DNA from: Actinomycetota bacterium
GTDB taxonomy: Bacteria; Actinomycetota; Acidimicrobiia; Acidimicrobiales; RAAP-2
Length of the DNA: 64,000 nucleotides
Direction: 5' to 3'
Assembly (NCBI GenBank): GCA_026393435.1
Contig: JAPLAD010000071.1
Location: forward strand, 28,857 to 92,856
Below are positions 56,295 through 64,000 of the stretch, one piece after another (the first letter of the stretch is position 1; each line of letters opens with the position of its first letter). Position numbers and translations under genes: made by a program. The notes under the pieces are model-generated. The model was not told the origin of the DNA. It saw only the letters and a program-made list of their open reading frames with translations, and made no database searches.

Positions 56295-57317
56295 TTAAAT
56301 CCTCCGAAGAATTTCTTTTGTGATTCCCGTTGTTCCGAGTGCGACGGTATCTCCGTCAAAGTCTGCCACCGCGGTGCGGATGCGCCGTGCAGCCTCATTT
56401 TCACCGAGGTGCTCCAGCATCAGAACCGAAGAAACGATGGCGGCCAGCGGATTGGCTCGATTGGTTCCCACAATGTCGTGGGCGGCGCCGTGGACGGGCT
56501 CAAAGAGCGAAGCATTAACGCGCGGTGGATTCAGATTGGCCGAGGCCGCGTAGCCAATACCACCGGTTACGGCTCCCGCGAGGTCGGAGAGGATGTCACC
56601 GAAGAGGTTGTCCGTCACCAAGATGCCGTAGCGCTGGGGATCTTCAACTAGGTAGATGCAGGCGGCATCCACGTGCTGGTAATCGACTTCCACCGTGGGG
56701 TACTCGCTCGACACTTCGGCCATCACGCGTCGCCACAGATCACCGGCAAACGTCAAGACGTTGGTCTTGTGAACCAGCGTGACTTTGGGGCGGGGCAAGT
56801 TGATGGCGCGCTCAAAGGCGTAGCGAATACAACGCTCCACACCAAAGCGAGTGTTGACCGAACCCTGCGTAGCGATTTCCTGAGGTGTGCCGTAGCGCAG
56901 GACGCCACCTTCACCGGCGTAGGGGCCTTCGGTGTTTTCACGGACTATCGCGAACTCACATCCTTCGGCCAGCGAACCGGGCGTGGCGCGGAAGGGTCGG
57001 TAGTTGATATAGAGATCAAGGCCGAATCGGATGCGCAGCAGAAGTCCCCGCTCCAGCAGCCCGCCGGGAATCCGCGTGTCGCCAATGGCGGGACCAATCG
57101 CGCCCAGCAAGATGGCGTCGTGGCTTCCGAGTGCGCTCAGCGTGGCGTCATCGAGAACAAAACCATCGCGCAGGTAGCGGGCGGCGCCGAGATCAAACTC
57201 TGTCGTTTCAAGGGCTACGCCGGTCGCCGCTACCACTTCGAGGGCCGCCGCGGTGACTTCGGGTCCGATCCCGTCACCACCAATGACGGCAATGCGATGT
57301 GCTGTGTGCTGCGACAT
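56295..57317 (-). CDS. leuB: 3-isopropylmalate dehydrogenase
   Basis: NLFGDILSD signature; isocitrate/IPM dehydrogenase family length. Confidence 0.95.
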   Translation of the reverse strand: MSQHTAHRIAVIGGDGIGPEVTAAALEVVAATGVALETTEFDLGAARYLRDGFVLDDATLSALGSHDAILLGAIGPAIGDTRIPGGLLERGLLLRIRFGLDLYINYRPFRATPGSLAEGCEFAIVRENTEGPYAGEGGVLRYGTPQEIATQGSVNTRFGVERCIRYAFERAINLPRPKVTLVHKTNVLTFAGDLWRRVMAEVSSEYPTVEVDYQHVDAACIYLVEDPQRYGILVTDNLFGDILSDLAGAVTGGIGYAASANLNPPRVNASLFEPVHGAAHDIVGTNRANPLAAIVSSVLMLEHLGENEAARRIRTAVADFDGDTVALGTTGITKEILRRI

Positions 57318-57383
57318 GTTGCGTACCTTGCCTTTTGAGTTCCTCTAGTCTCGCCCACCAGGTGGAGTCGTGGCAAACCAGCC

Positions 57384-57413
57384 TTGAGCGGGATTCCCCC
57401 GTTTCGGTAGAAT
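57384..57413 (+). promoter_or_regulatory. candidate housekeeping-sigma promoter for greA (TTGAGC-N18-TAGAAT)
   Basis: Hexamers read directly in the leuB/greA divergent region. Not validated. Confidence 0.35.
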
Positions 57414-57433
57414 TGAGGCCTAGCCGCTATGAG

Positions 57434-57922
57434 GTGACTGCTGTGTCTGGCCAAATCCAACGTATTACCCAAGCCACGTTGCACAAATTGCAACAAGAAG
57501 TCGAGCACCTGAGCACGGTCGGCCGTGTCGAAATTGCCCGCATCATCGAGGCGGCCCGCATGCTGGGCGACCTTTCAGAGAACGGCGACTACCACGCCGC
57601 CAAGGATGAACAGGGCAAAATGGAGTCTCGGATTCGCCAAATCGAGCACATCATTCGCAATCACGAACTCGTGGAACGCGACGAAAATGCCGAAGCAGTC
57701 GGTCACGCCTCGATTGTGTCGGTGGCCTACGACGGCGAGTCCGACGACGAAGCGCAAGAGTTCTTTATTGGCTCAATTGAAGAGAAGCCTGAGGGCATGC
57801 TGACGGCATCCCCCGCCTCGCCCCTGGGCGAAGCACTCCTGGGCAAGAAGCTTGGCGAAGATGTGATCTACTCCGCACCTAACGGCAACCAGCTGAAGTG
57901 CCGAATCATCGGAATCCGTTAG
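57434..57922 (+). CDS. greA: transcription elongation factor GreA
   Basis: [13 protein letters not shown] motif plus the C-terminal globular domain. Start is GTG 57434 or GTG 57443; the ORF-track start at 57299 was rejected. Confidence 0.9.
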   Translation: MTAVSGQIQRITQATLHKLQQEVEHLSTVGRVEIARIIEAARMLGDLSENGDYHAAKDEQGKMESRIRQIEHIIRNHELVERDENAEAVGHASIVSVAYDGESDDEAQEFFIGSIEEKPEGMLTASPASPLGEALLGKKLGEDVIYSAPNGNQLKCRIIGIR

Positions 57923-57924
57923 AC

Positions 57925-59328
57925 GTGGCCGCGCGGACGCTCTTCGAAAAGATTTGGGATCGCCACGTCGTCACGGAAGGCGTGGGTGAGCCCACGCTCA
58001 TCTACATCGATCTGCACCTAGTTCACGAAGTGACGAGTCCTCAGGCCTTCGATGGTCTTCGAATTAACAATCGACGCGTTCGTCGACCTGATCGCACGTT
58101 GGCTACGGCCGACCACAATGTGCCGACCGATCCTCCCGGAACACCCATTGCCGACCCCATCTCCAAGAAGCAGCTCGAAGCCCTCTCGTCTAACTGTGAC
58201 GAGTTCGGGATCACGCTCTTTCCGATGGGCCATGAGAACCAGGGCATCGTTCACGTCATTGGGCCCGAGCTCGGCGTTAGTCAGCCCGGCATGACCATCG
58301 TTTGTGGCGACTCGCACACTTCGACTCACGGAGCCCTCGGTGCCCTCGCCTTTGGTATTGGCACCAGCGAAGTGGAACACGTGTTGGCTACCCAGACCTT
58401 GCCCCAACAAAAGCCCAAGACCATGTCGGTCACCGTCACGGGACCTGTCCCCCTCGGCGTCACCGCAAAGGACATCGCCCTTTCGATTATCAATCGACTC
58501 GGCACCGGTGGTGGTGCGGGCTACGTCGTGGAGTATCGCGGTCGGGCCATTAGTGATCTCAGCATGGAAGGTCGCATGACCCTCTGCAACATGAGTATCG
58601 AAGCGGGCGCGCGGGCCGGCATCGTGGCCGTCGACGACAAGACGATCGAATACTTACGCGGTCGGGCCGGGGTGCCCTCCGGCGAGGCTTTTGAAGCAAC
58701 GGCGTCCGATTGGCGCACTCTGGTCTCTGACGACGGGGCGAGCTTTGACGCAACGGTCGAGATCGACGGCACCCAACTCTCCCCCGCCATTACCTGGGGA
58801 ACCAACCCCTCGCAGGTGGTCGCCATCGATGGGGTGATTCCTGACCCGGAGGAGTTCACCGACAGCGCCGAGCGCAATGCGGCCGAGCGCGCACTGGAGT
58901 ACATGGGACTCACGGCCGGCACTCCAGTTACGGCCATCCCCGTCGACGTCGTCTTTATTGGATCGTGCACGAACTCTCGCATCGAGGACTTGCGTGCCGC
59001 GGCGGCCGTGATTCAAGGTCGCACGGTGGCCTCCAGTGTTCGGGCTCTCGTCGTGCCCGGCTCGCACCGTGTGAAGACGCAGGCCGAAAGCGAAGGGCTC
59101 GACCGACTCTTTACAAACGCCGGCTTCGAATGGCGCGAACCGGGGTGCTCAATGTGCCTCGGCATGAATCCTGACCAGTTGACTCCCGGCCAGCGGAGCG
59201 CCTCTACGTCGAACAGAAACTTTGAAGGACGTCAGGGACGTGGTGGTCGGACTCACCTCGTCTCACCAGCCGTCGCAGCCGCTACAGCGATTGCCGGCCA
59301 CTTTGCCGCACCCGAGGTTGGCGCATGA
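57925..59328 (+). CDS. leuC: 3-isopropylmalate dehydratase large subunit
   Basis: VCGDSHT, GSCTNSR and CSMCLGMN cluster ligands. GTG start ([11 protein letters not shown]) lies 2 nt after the greA stop. Confidence 0.95.
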   Translation: MAARTLFEKIWDRHVVTEGVGEPTLIYIDLHLVHEVTSPQAFDGLRINNRRVRRPDRTLATADHNVPTDPPGTPIADPISKKQLEALSSNCDEFGITLFPMGHENQGIVHVIGPELGVSQPGMTIVCGDSHTSTHGALGALAFGIGTSEVEHVLATQTLPQQKPKTMSVTVTGPVPLGVTAKDIALSIINRLGTGGGAGYVVEYRGRAISDLSMEGRMTLCNMSIEAGARAGIVAVDDKTIEYLRGRAGVPSGEAFEATASDWRTLVSDDGASFDATVEIDGTQLSPAITWGTNPSQVVAIDGVIPDPEEFTDSAERNAAERALEYMGLTAGTPVTAIPVDVVFIGSCTNSRIEDLRAAAAVIQGRTVASSVRALVVPGSHRVKTQAESEGLDRLFTNAGFEWREPGCSMCLGMNPDQLTPGQRSASTSNRNFEGRQGRGGRTHLVSPAVAAATAIAGHFAAPEVGA

Positions 59329-59954
59329 AGGCCGTTCACGTGATTCAGGGTCGTGCCGTACCTCTCGAACGTTCCGATGTCGATACCGATCAGATCATTC
59401 CCTCAGACTGGTTGAAGCGAGTCGAGCGGACTGGGTTCGGTCGCGGCCTCTTTAGCCAATGGCGAGATGAGAAGTCGTTCGTCTTAAATCAGCCAGAGTT
59501 TGTCGGAGCTTCCATTCTCATTGCCGGTCCGCGCTTTGGTACGGGATCATCCCGTGAGCACGCCGTATGGGCCCTCATGGACTACGGCTTTGAGGCCATC
59601 ATCGCCTCGTCGTACGGCGACATCTTTAAAAACAACTCCTCTAAACAAGGTTTAGTCATTGTTGAACTTCCCCAAGAGGCCGTGAGTGAACTCATGGCGC
59701 TGGTTAAGACAGACCCCCACCTCGAGATAACTGTTGATGTGGCCGGTATGACTGTTGAAATAGCGGAGAAAAACTGGCGCCAGCCCTTCACTCTCGACCC
59801 CATCACCCGCGAGAGACTCCTGAACGGGTGGGACGACATTGGCATCTCCCTCCTACGGGAAACGGACATTACGGCCTTTGAGGAGACCCACCGAGCGGGA
59901 TCGCTTCGAGGAGTCTTCGACGGCGAAGGTCGTGTCGTACACTCAAACGAATAA
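59325..59954 (+). CDS. leuD: 3-isopropylmalate dehydratase small subunit
   Basis: [13 protein letters not shown] motif. Overlaps the leuC stop (ATGA). Confidence 0.95.
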   Translation: MKAVHVIQGRAVPLERSDVDTDQIIPSDWLKRVERTGFGRGLFSQWRDEKSFVLNQPEFVGASILIAGPRFGTGSSREHAVWALMDYGFEAIIASSYGDIFKNNSSKQGLVIVELPQEAVSELMALVKTDPHLEITVDVAGMTVEIAEKNWRQPFTLDPITRERLLNGWDDIGISLLRETDITAFEETHRAGSLRGVFDGEGRVVHSNE

Positions 59955-59966
59955 GAGAGGACGCTC

Positions 59967-60704
59967 ATGGCTGATTTCAACTCTGTTTTTACCTCGCTAG
60001 CAAACGTCAACGGCTGGATGACCCGAGACCAGGCGCAACGCCTGTGGGATCGCGCCGGTGAACTGCCCGCCGGGAGCACGGTCGTGGAGATTGGATCCTT
60101 TCAGGGCCGCTCCATGTGCGTTTTGGCCAGTTCGGCAGCGCCGGGCGTCACCCTGTACGCGATTGACCCTCACGGCGGTAACGACCGTGGTCCTCAAGAG
60201 CTTGACGGCTTCGCCGAGGAAGCCGAAAGTGACCACCAGATTTTCCTCGCCAACCTCGCCAACGCCGGTGTGCGAGACCGTGTCACCTACTTGCGCAAGT
60301 ACGCCAATGACGCCACCAACGACGTAACTAGCCAACTCGACCTCCTTTACGTCGATGGCGCCCACCGATTCAAGCCCGCCTCACAAGACATCCGTCAATG
60401 GGGTGCCCGCGTCAAAGACGGTGGCCGTCTCTTGGTCCACGACTCATTTTCATCAATCGGAGTCACGCTGGCCCTCGTGGTCTTGACGTTCTTCTCGTCC
60501 CAGTGGATTTACGAAGGGCGGAGCCAGTCGATGGCCCAGTTCCGTCGGGGACCTAATACCTTGGCGGCTCGTTGTGGTTCACTGGCGCGCCAGCTGGCCC
60601 AACTCCCCTACTTTGCCCTGAACCTCGTCTACAAAGTTCTCTTGGCCGTCAAGTTGAAGCCCATCGCCAAGGCGTTGGGCTCAACTGGCGAGTGGCCCTA
60701 CTGA
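59967..60704 (+). CDS. class I SAM-dependent methyltransferase
   Basis: VVEIGSFQGRS motif I and LLYVDGAH, resembling the Methyltransf_24 type. Confidence 0.7.
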   Translation: MADFNSVFTSLANVNGWMTRDQAQRLWDRAGELPAGSTVVEIGSFQGRSMCVLASSAAPGVTLYAIDPHGGNDRGPQELDGFAEEAESDHQIFLANLANAGVRDRVTYLRKYANDATNDVTSQLDLLYVDGAHRFKPASQDIRQWGARVKDGGRLLVHDSFSSIGVTLALVVLTFFSSQWIYEGRSQSMAQFRRGPNTLAARCGSLARQLAQLPYFALNLVYKVLLAVKLKPIAKALGSTGEWPY

Positions 60705-61307
60705 TTCTGCTTGACGAACTTGGCGTCGTTGCTGGTGACGCCACGAAGCAAGTATCACGATGACGAGGTTTCCGAGGGCAGCGGCCACGCAGGACAGGAG
60801 TGGTGCCCACTGATTGTTCTCTGAGTAGTAGACGGCCCAGAGGAACAACGAGACCAAGCCCATAGACCACGAGGCCACCGACACGCCATCGACATCCGCA
60901 GTCTTGATTAGGGTGCGAATCTGGGGCCAGCGGTTCAGCATCATGAGGACGCCGGCGCCATAACAGCCACCGGGCCACCCCCAGACGAGGGTCGGAATGC
61001 CGCACGTCACAAAAACAAAGGCTGCGGACGACAAGATTGTCTTCATCTCGCCCTTGCGCTCAATACGCGCAATCACGGCCAGCTGAATCGGGAAGATGAC
61101 GAGGCTGCTCCAGAGAACTACGGGGTCACCTAGGGATACTCCGTACCAAATCCAGAAAATTGTGGCGAAAAGAAAGGTCGACCAAGTGGCCAGAGCGATG
61201 CCGTCGGTCGAAACGACCCACGCCCGACGCAATTGCACGCCCGTGAGAAACCAGCCCATCGCGGTTGCTACCCACCCAATAGTTAGAAACAGGGTGTGGG
61301 AACTCAT
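60681..61307 (-). CDS. polytopic membrane protein with two PQ-loop-like repeats (SWEET/SemiSWEET superfamily-like)
   Basis: Second repeat is LNRWPQIRTLIKTADVDGVSVASW...WAVYY; first repeat is degenerate (TGVQLRRAWVVSTDGIALATW...WIWYG). About 7 hydrophobic segments. Confidence 0.6.
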   Translation of the reverse strand: MSSHTLFLTIGWVATAMGWFLTGVQLRRAWVVSTDGIALATWSTFLFATIFWIWYGVSLGDPVVLWSSLVIFPIQLAVIARIERKGEMKTILSSAAFVFVTCGIPTLVWGWPGGCYGAGVLMMLNRWPQIRTLIKTADVDGVSVASWSMGLVSLFLWAVYYSENNQWAPLLSCVAAALGNLVIVILASWRHQQRRQVRQAESVGPLAS

Positions 61308-61355
61308 CGCGTCAGATTAGTTGTGCCACACACCATCTAACAGGTACCGCCGTGA

Positions 61356-63035
61356 TTAGAGGTGACGACGGTTGGCGGCTGACACGACTGCCTCTAGTGA
61401 GGCGTCGAGGATTGAGGGGTTGATGCCCACGCCCCACCACGTCTCGCCCGACTCTGATTCCGCCTCCACGTAGGCCACGGCCGAGGCTTCCGATCCGCTC
61501 GTCAGGGCGTGCTCGCTGTAGTCACGAATTGAGAACTCCACGCCAATCTCGTTGCGCAGGGCCGACATCATGGCGTCAATAGGGCCGTTACCTTCGCCCG
61601 AGATTGTCCGGTGCTCGCCATTGACCAAGATCTGTGCGGACAGACGAGTCTTGTTGTTACCCGTGTGCACTTCACTAGAGAGCAGACGCAGCGAACCCTC
61701 TTCGCTGAGATAGGTCTCGGTGAAGATTTCCATAATCCCTGCGGAAGAAATCTCGGTGCCACTCACCTCAACGGCCTCTTGCACGTGCTTGGAAAACTCC
61801 ACCTGCATGGCACGTGGCAGATCGAGGCCGAATTCGGTATCGAGGATGTAGGCCACGCCGCCCTTGCCCGACTGGCTGTTGACACGAATAATCGCCTCGT
61901 AGGAACGTCCCGTGTGCTTGGGGTCGATGGGCAGGTAGGGGACTTCCCAGACGTCATACTCTTCACCAATGGCCGTCATGCCCTTCTTGATGGCGTCTTG
62001 GTGCGAGCCAGAGAAGGCCGTGTAGACGAGCTCGCCGACGTAGGGGTGGCGAGGGTGAATCGGCAGACGGTTGGCGTACTCCGCCACGTGGCGAACCTTG
62101 TCGATGTCACGAATGTCGAGTTCGGGATCGACGCCCTGCGCAAAGAGATTCATCGCCAACGTCACTACGTCGACGTTGCCAGTTCGCTCACCATTACCAA
62201 AGAGGGTGCCTTCGACGCGGTCGGCTCCGGCGAGGACGCCGAGTTCAGCGGCGGCTACGGCCGTGCCGCGGTCATTGTGAGGGTGGAGCGACAGGACGAC
62301 GCTCTCTCGTTCATTGATGTGACGCAAGAACCATTCGATGGCGTCGGCATAGAGGTTGGGGGTGTACATCTCGACAGTCGCGGGAAGATTCAAGATGAGC
62401 GGCCACTCCTTAGAGGGCTGAATAGCGTCAATAACGGCGTTACAAATCTCCACCGCGTACTCGAGTTCAGTACCCGTGAAGGACTCGGGCGAGTATTCGT
62501 AACGAAACGCAGTCGTTGGCGACGTCGACTCCAGAGAACGACAGAGGTGAGCCGCTTCAACGGCAATCTTGGTGATGCCCTCCTTGTCGAGGCCAAAGAC
62601 GACCCGGCGCTGCAGAATCGATGTGGAGTTATAAAAATGCACGATGGCGTTGCGGGACCCGTGAATCGATTCGTACGTGCGGCGAATCAAATCTTCCCGG
62701 CACTGCGTCAGCACCTGGATCGTTACGTCTTCGGGAATGAGGTCTTCTTCAATGATGTGGCGAACGAAATCAAAATCGGGCTGTGACGCTGATGGGAAGC
62801 CCACTTCTATCTCTTTAAAGCCCATGGCGACCAACTGCTTAAACATGGCCAACTTGCGCTCGGGGTCCATGGGGTCGATCAACGCCTGATTGCCATCGCG
62901 AAGGTCCACGCTGCACCAGAGGGGGGCCTGCTCTAGACGTCGATTAGGCCACGTGCGATCGGACAGCTCTACGGGTACGAAGGCGCGATATTTGTGAAAT
63001 GCCATTGGGCTGGACTGCTGGGGGTGGGGCGCCAT
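61356..63035 (-). CDS. leuA: 2-isopropylmalate synthase (long actinobacterial type)
   Basis: VDLRDGNQ, HPHNDRGTAVA and a C-terminal LeuA regulatory domain. Confidence 0.95.
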   Translation of the reverse strand: MAPHPQQSSPMAFHKYRAFVPVELSDRTWPNRRLEQAPLWCSVDLRDGNQALIDPMDPERKLAMFKQLVAMGFKEIEVGFPSASQPDFDFVRHIIEEDLIPEDVTIQVLTQCREDLIRRTYESIHGSRNAIVHFYNSTSILQRRVVFGLDKEGITKIAVEAAHLCRSLESTSPTTAFRYEYSPESFTGTELEYAVEICNAVIDAIQPSKEWPLILNLPATVEMYTPNLYADAIEWFLRHINERESVVLSLHPHNDRGTAVAAAELGVLAGADRVEGTLFGNGERTGNVDVVTLAMNLFAQGVDPELDIRDIDKVRHVAEYANRLPIHPRHPYVGELVYTAFSGSHQDAIKKGMTAIGEEYDVWEVPYLPIDPKHTGRSYEAIIRVNSQSGKGGVAYILDTEFGLDLPRAMQVEFSKHVQEAVEVSGTEISSAGIMEIFTETYLSEEGSLRLLSSEVHTGNNKTRLSAQILVNGEHRTISGEGNGPIDAMMSALRNEIGVEFSIRDYSEHALTSGSEASAVAYVEAESESGETWWGVGINPSILDASLEAVVSAANRRHL

Positions 63036-63066
63036 GGTGTCTTCTCTAATCCTGCTCCCGAACTCT

Positions 63067-63100
63067 TAAAACGAAAAACCTCCCGCTGGGCGGGAGGTTT
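63067..63100 (-). terminator. leader (attenuator) terminator upstream of leuA
   Basis: Minus strand reads AAACCTCCCGC-CCA-GCGGGAGGTTTTTCGTTTTA. This GC stem plus U-tract ends about 30 nt before the leuA ATG. Confidence 0.7.
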
Positions 63101-63124
63101 CGGCGAGCGCGTTGTCGCGCCCGC

Positions 63125-63172
63125 CTATCGAAGAAGAAGTCCGGAAAACGTAGCTTGTTGCATTGATTTCAT
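63125..63172 (-). CDS. leuA leader peptide MKSMQQATFSGLLLR (three consecutive CTT Leu codons)
   Basis: Translated by hand: ATG AAA TCA ATG CAA CAA GCT ACG TTT TCC GGA CTT CTT CTT CGA TAG. The internal ATG at 63163 could be a leaderless start just downstream of a TACAAT box. Confidence 0.6.
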   Translation of the reverse strand: MKSMQQATFSGLLLR

Positions 63173-63299
63173 TGTATCTCGCCGGCGCAAAAAATGAAAG
63201 GGCGGACTAGTCTGCCTTCGTGCGACTTCTCAAGATTTCAACCCTTTCTTATGACTCCTGGCCCACCGTGCCTCGTAAGCCCGCCGTCAATGGAGCCGC

Positions 63300-63542
63300 G
63301 TGACCGGCCGCGCCGATCAACCCACCCACTTTTCAGCATCTCAATCTCGTGAAATTGGCGAGCTCCTAACTGCCGGGGTGGCCATGCTCCAGTGCGAGGA
63401 TGCCTACCACGTGGGACTGCTCACCCATCACCACGACAGCGACGAAGTGAAGGAGCTCGGCGAACTCCGCCGGGTCGCCCGTGATCGCTTTCACCAAATT
63501 CTCAATGCCGTCGGAGACACCTTCGACACATTGACGTCATAA
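63300..63542 (+). CDS. hypothetical small protein
   Basis: 80-aa ORF with a GTG start. Third-position GC looks coding-like in the distal part. No family recognised. Confidence 0.3.
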   Translation: MTGRADQPTHFSASQSREIGELLTAGVAMLQCEDAYHVGLLTHHHDSDEVKELGELRRVARDRFHQILNAVGDTFDTLTS

Positions 63543-63562
63543 CCGAATCAAAGGAGAAATTA

Positions 63563-64000
63563 ATGAAAATGGAATATCGTCGCCTCGGTCAATCCGGACT
63601 CAAGGTCAGCGTGCTGTCCTTCGGCTCGTGGGTGACCTTCGCCAACAAGGATCAAATTGCTCAGGCCGCTGAAGCAGCCGAGTGCCTCAGCGCCGCTAAG
63701 GATGCCGGAGTCAACTTCTTCGACAACGCCGAGGGCTACGCCTCCGGTGCGTCCGAGAGCGTCATGGGTGAAGCGTTCCGCCAACTGGGTTGGAAGCGTC
63801 ACGAGTATGTCGTTTCGACCAAGCTCTTCTGGGGTCTGCACGACGTTCCCAACATGAAGAACACCCTGAACCGCAAGTACCTGAGCCAGGCTATCGATGG
63901 CTCACTCGAGCGCTTCGGTCTCGACTTCGTCGACCTGGTCTTCTGTCACCGCCCCGACGCCAACACCCCTATCGAAGAGACCGTCTGGGCCATGAGCGAC
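63563..64000 (+). CDS. aldo/keto reductase (Kv-beta-like), 3'-partial at the window edge
   Basis: AAAGGAG RBS then [26 protein letters not shown]...[11 protein letters not shown] is a typical AKR N-terminus. The frame is open to the window end. Confidence 0.85.
   Translation, partial: MKMEYRRLGQSGLKVSVLSFGSWVTFANKDQIAQAAEAAECLSAAKDAGVNFFDNAEGYASGASESVMGEAFRQLGWKRHEYVVSTKLFWGLHDVPNMKNTLNRKYLSQAIDGSLERFGLDFVDLVFCHRPDANTPIEETVWAMSD

Noticed and set aside
61611-62786. 391-aa ORF on the + strand
   Set aside because: Antisense to leuA, whose homology is unambiguous over the whole length. No motifs; a GC-rich shadow frame.
1-64000. Search for mobile elements, prophage, defence systems, toxin-antitoxin pairs or biosynthetic gene clusters
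   Set aside because: I recognised no integrase, transposase, recombinase, reverse transcriptase, nuclease-helicase defence signature, Cas, PKS/NRPS or small paired TA-like genes. The window reads as housekeeping core genome.

Overview
GC-rich, tightly packed chromosomal segment with actinobacterial-type gene content (guess: Actinomycetota, possibly Acidimicrobiia-like; inference only). I call about 65 protein-coding genes. I found no rRNA, tRNA, CRISPR array, transposase, integrase or phage genes, so this is core genome rather than an accessory island. Content by theme: (1) nucleotide-sugar genes ugd and rmlD; (2) birA divergent from a biotin carboxylase/BCCP subunit; (3) B12/cobalt functions (acyl-CoA mutase large subunit, PduO-type adenosyltransferase, metH, NiCoT transporter); (4) an lpd-E2-lipB::lipA operon; (5) a rearranged SUF Fe-S cluster system with two sufC paralogs; (6) several acyl-CoA dehydrogenase, hydratase and lyase genes; (7) a cell-envelope cluster (NlpC/P60, Lgt-like, polytopic membrane protein, CHAP); (8) the leucine pathway (ilvE, leuB, leuCD, leuA). 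I did not find a coherent new multi-gene system such as a defence or secretion system. The strongest anomaly is a perfect 142-bp-arm inverted repeat with a 13-nt spacer at 26099-26395. It duplicates the thiE 5' end in inverted orientation and truncates the neighbouring MBL-hydrolase gene. It is either a recent fold-back rearrangement or an assembly chimera, and raw reads should settle which. Other notable points: an in-frame LipB-LipA fusion; a MoeZ-like enzyme with the rhodanese domain N-terminal instead of C-terminal; a leader peptide with three consecutive Leu codons plus terminator upstream of leuA; a split suf cluster with a related motif upstream of sufB and sufD; and a roughly 7-TM double PQ-loop (SWEET-like) membrane protein. 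Many start codons were re-picked by eye from homology-style N-termini, RBS and gene overlaps, and are approximate.
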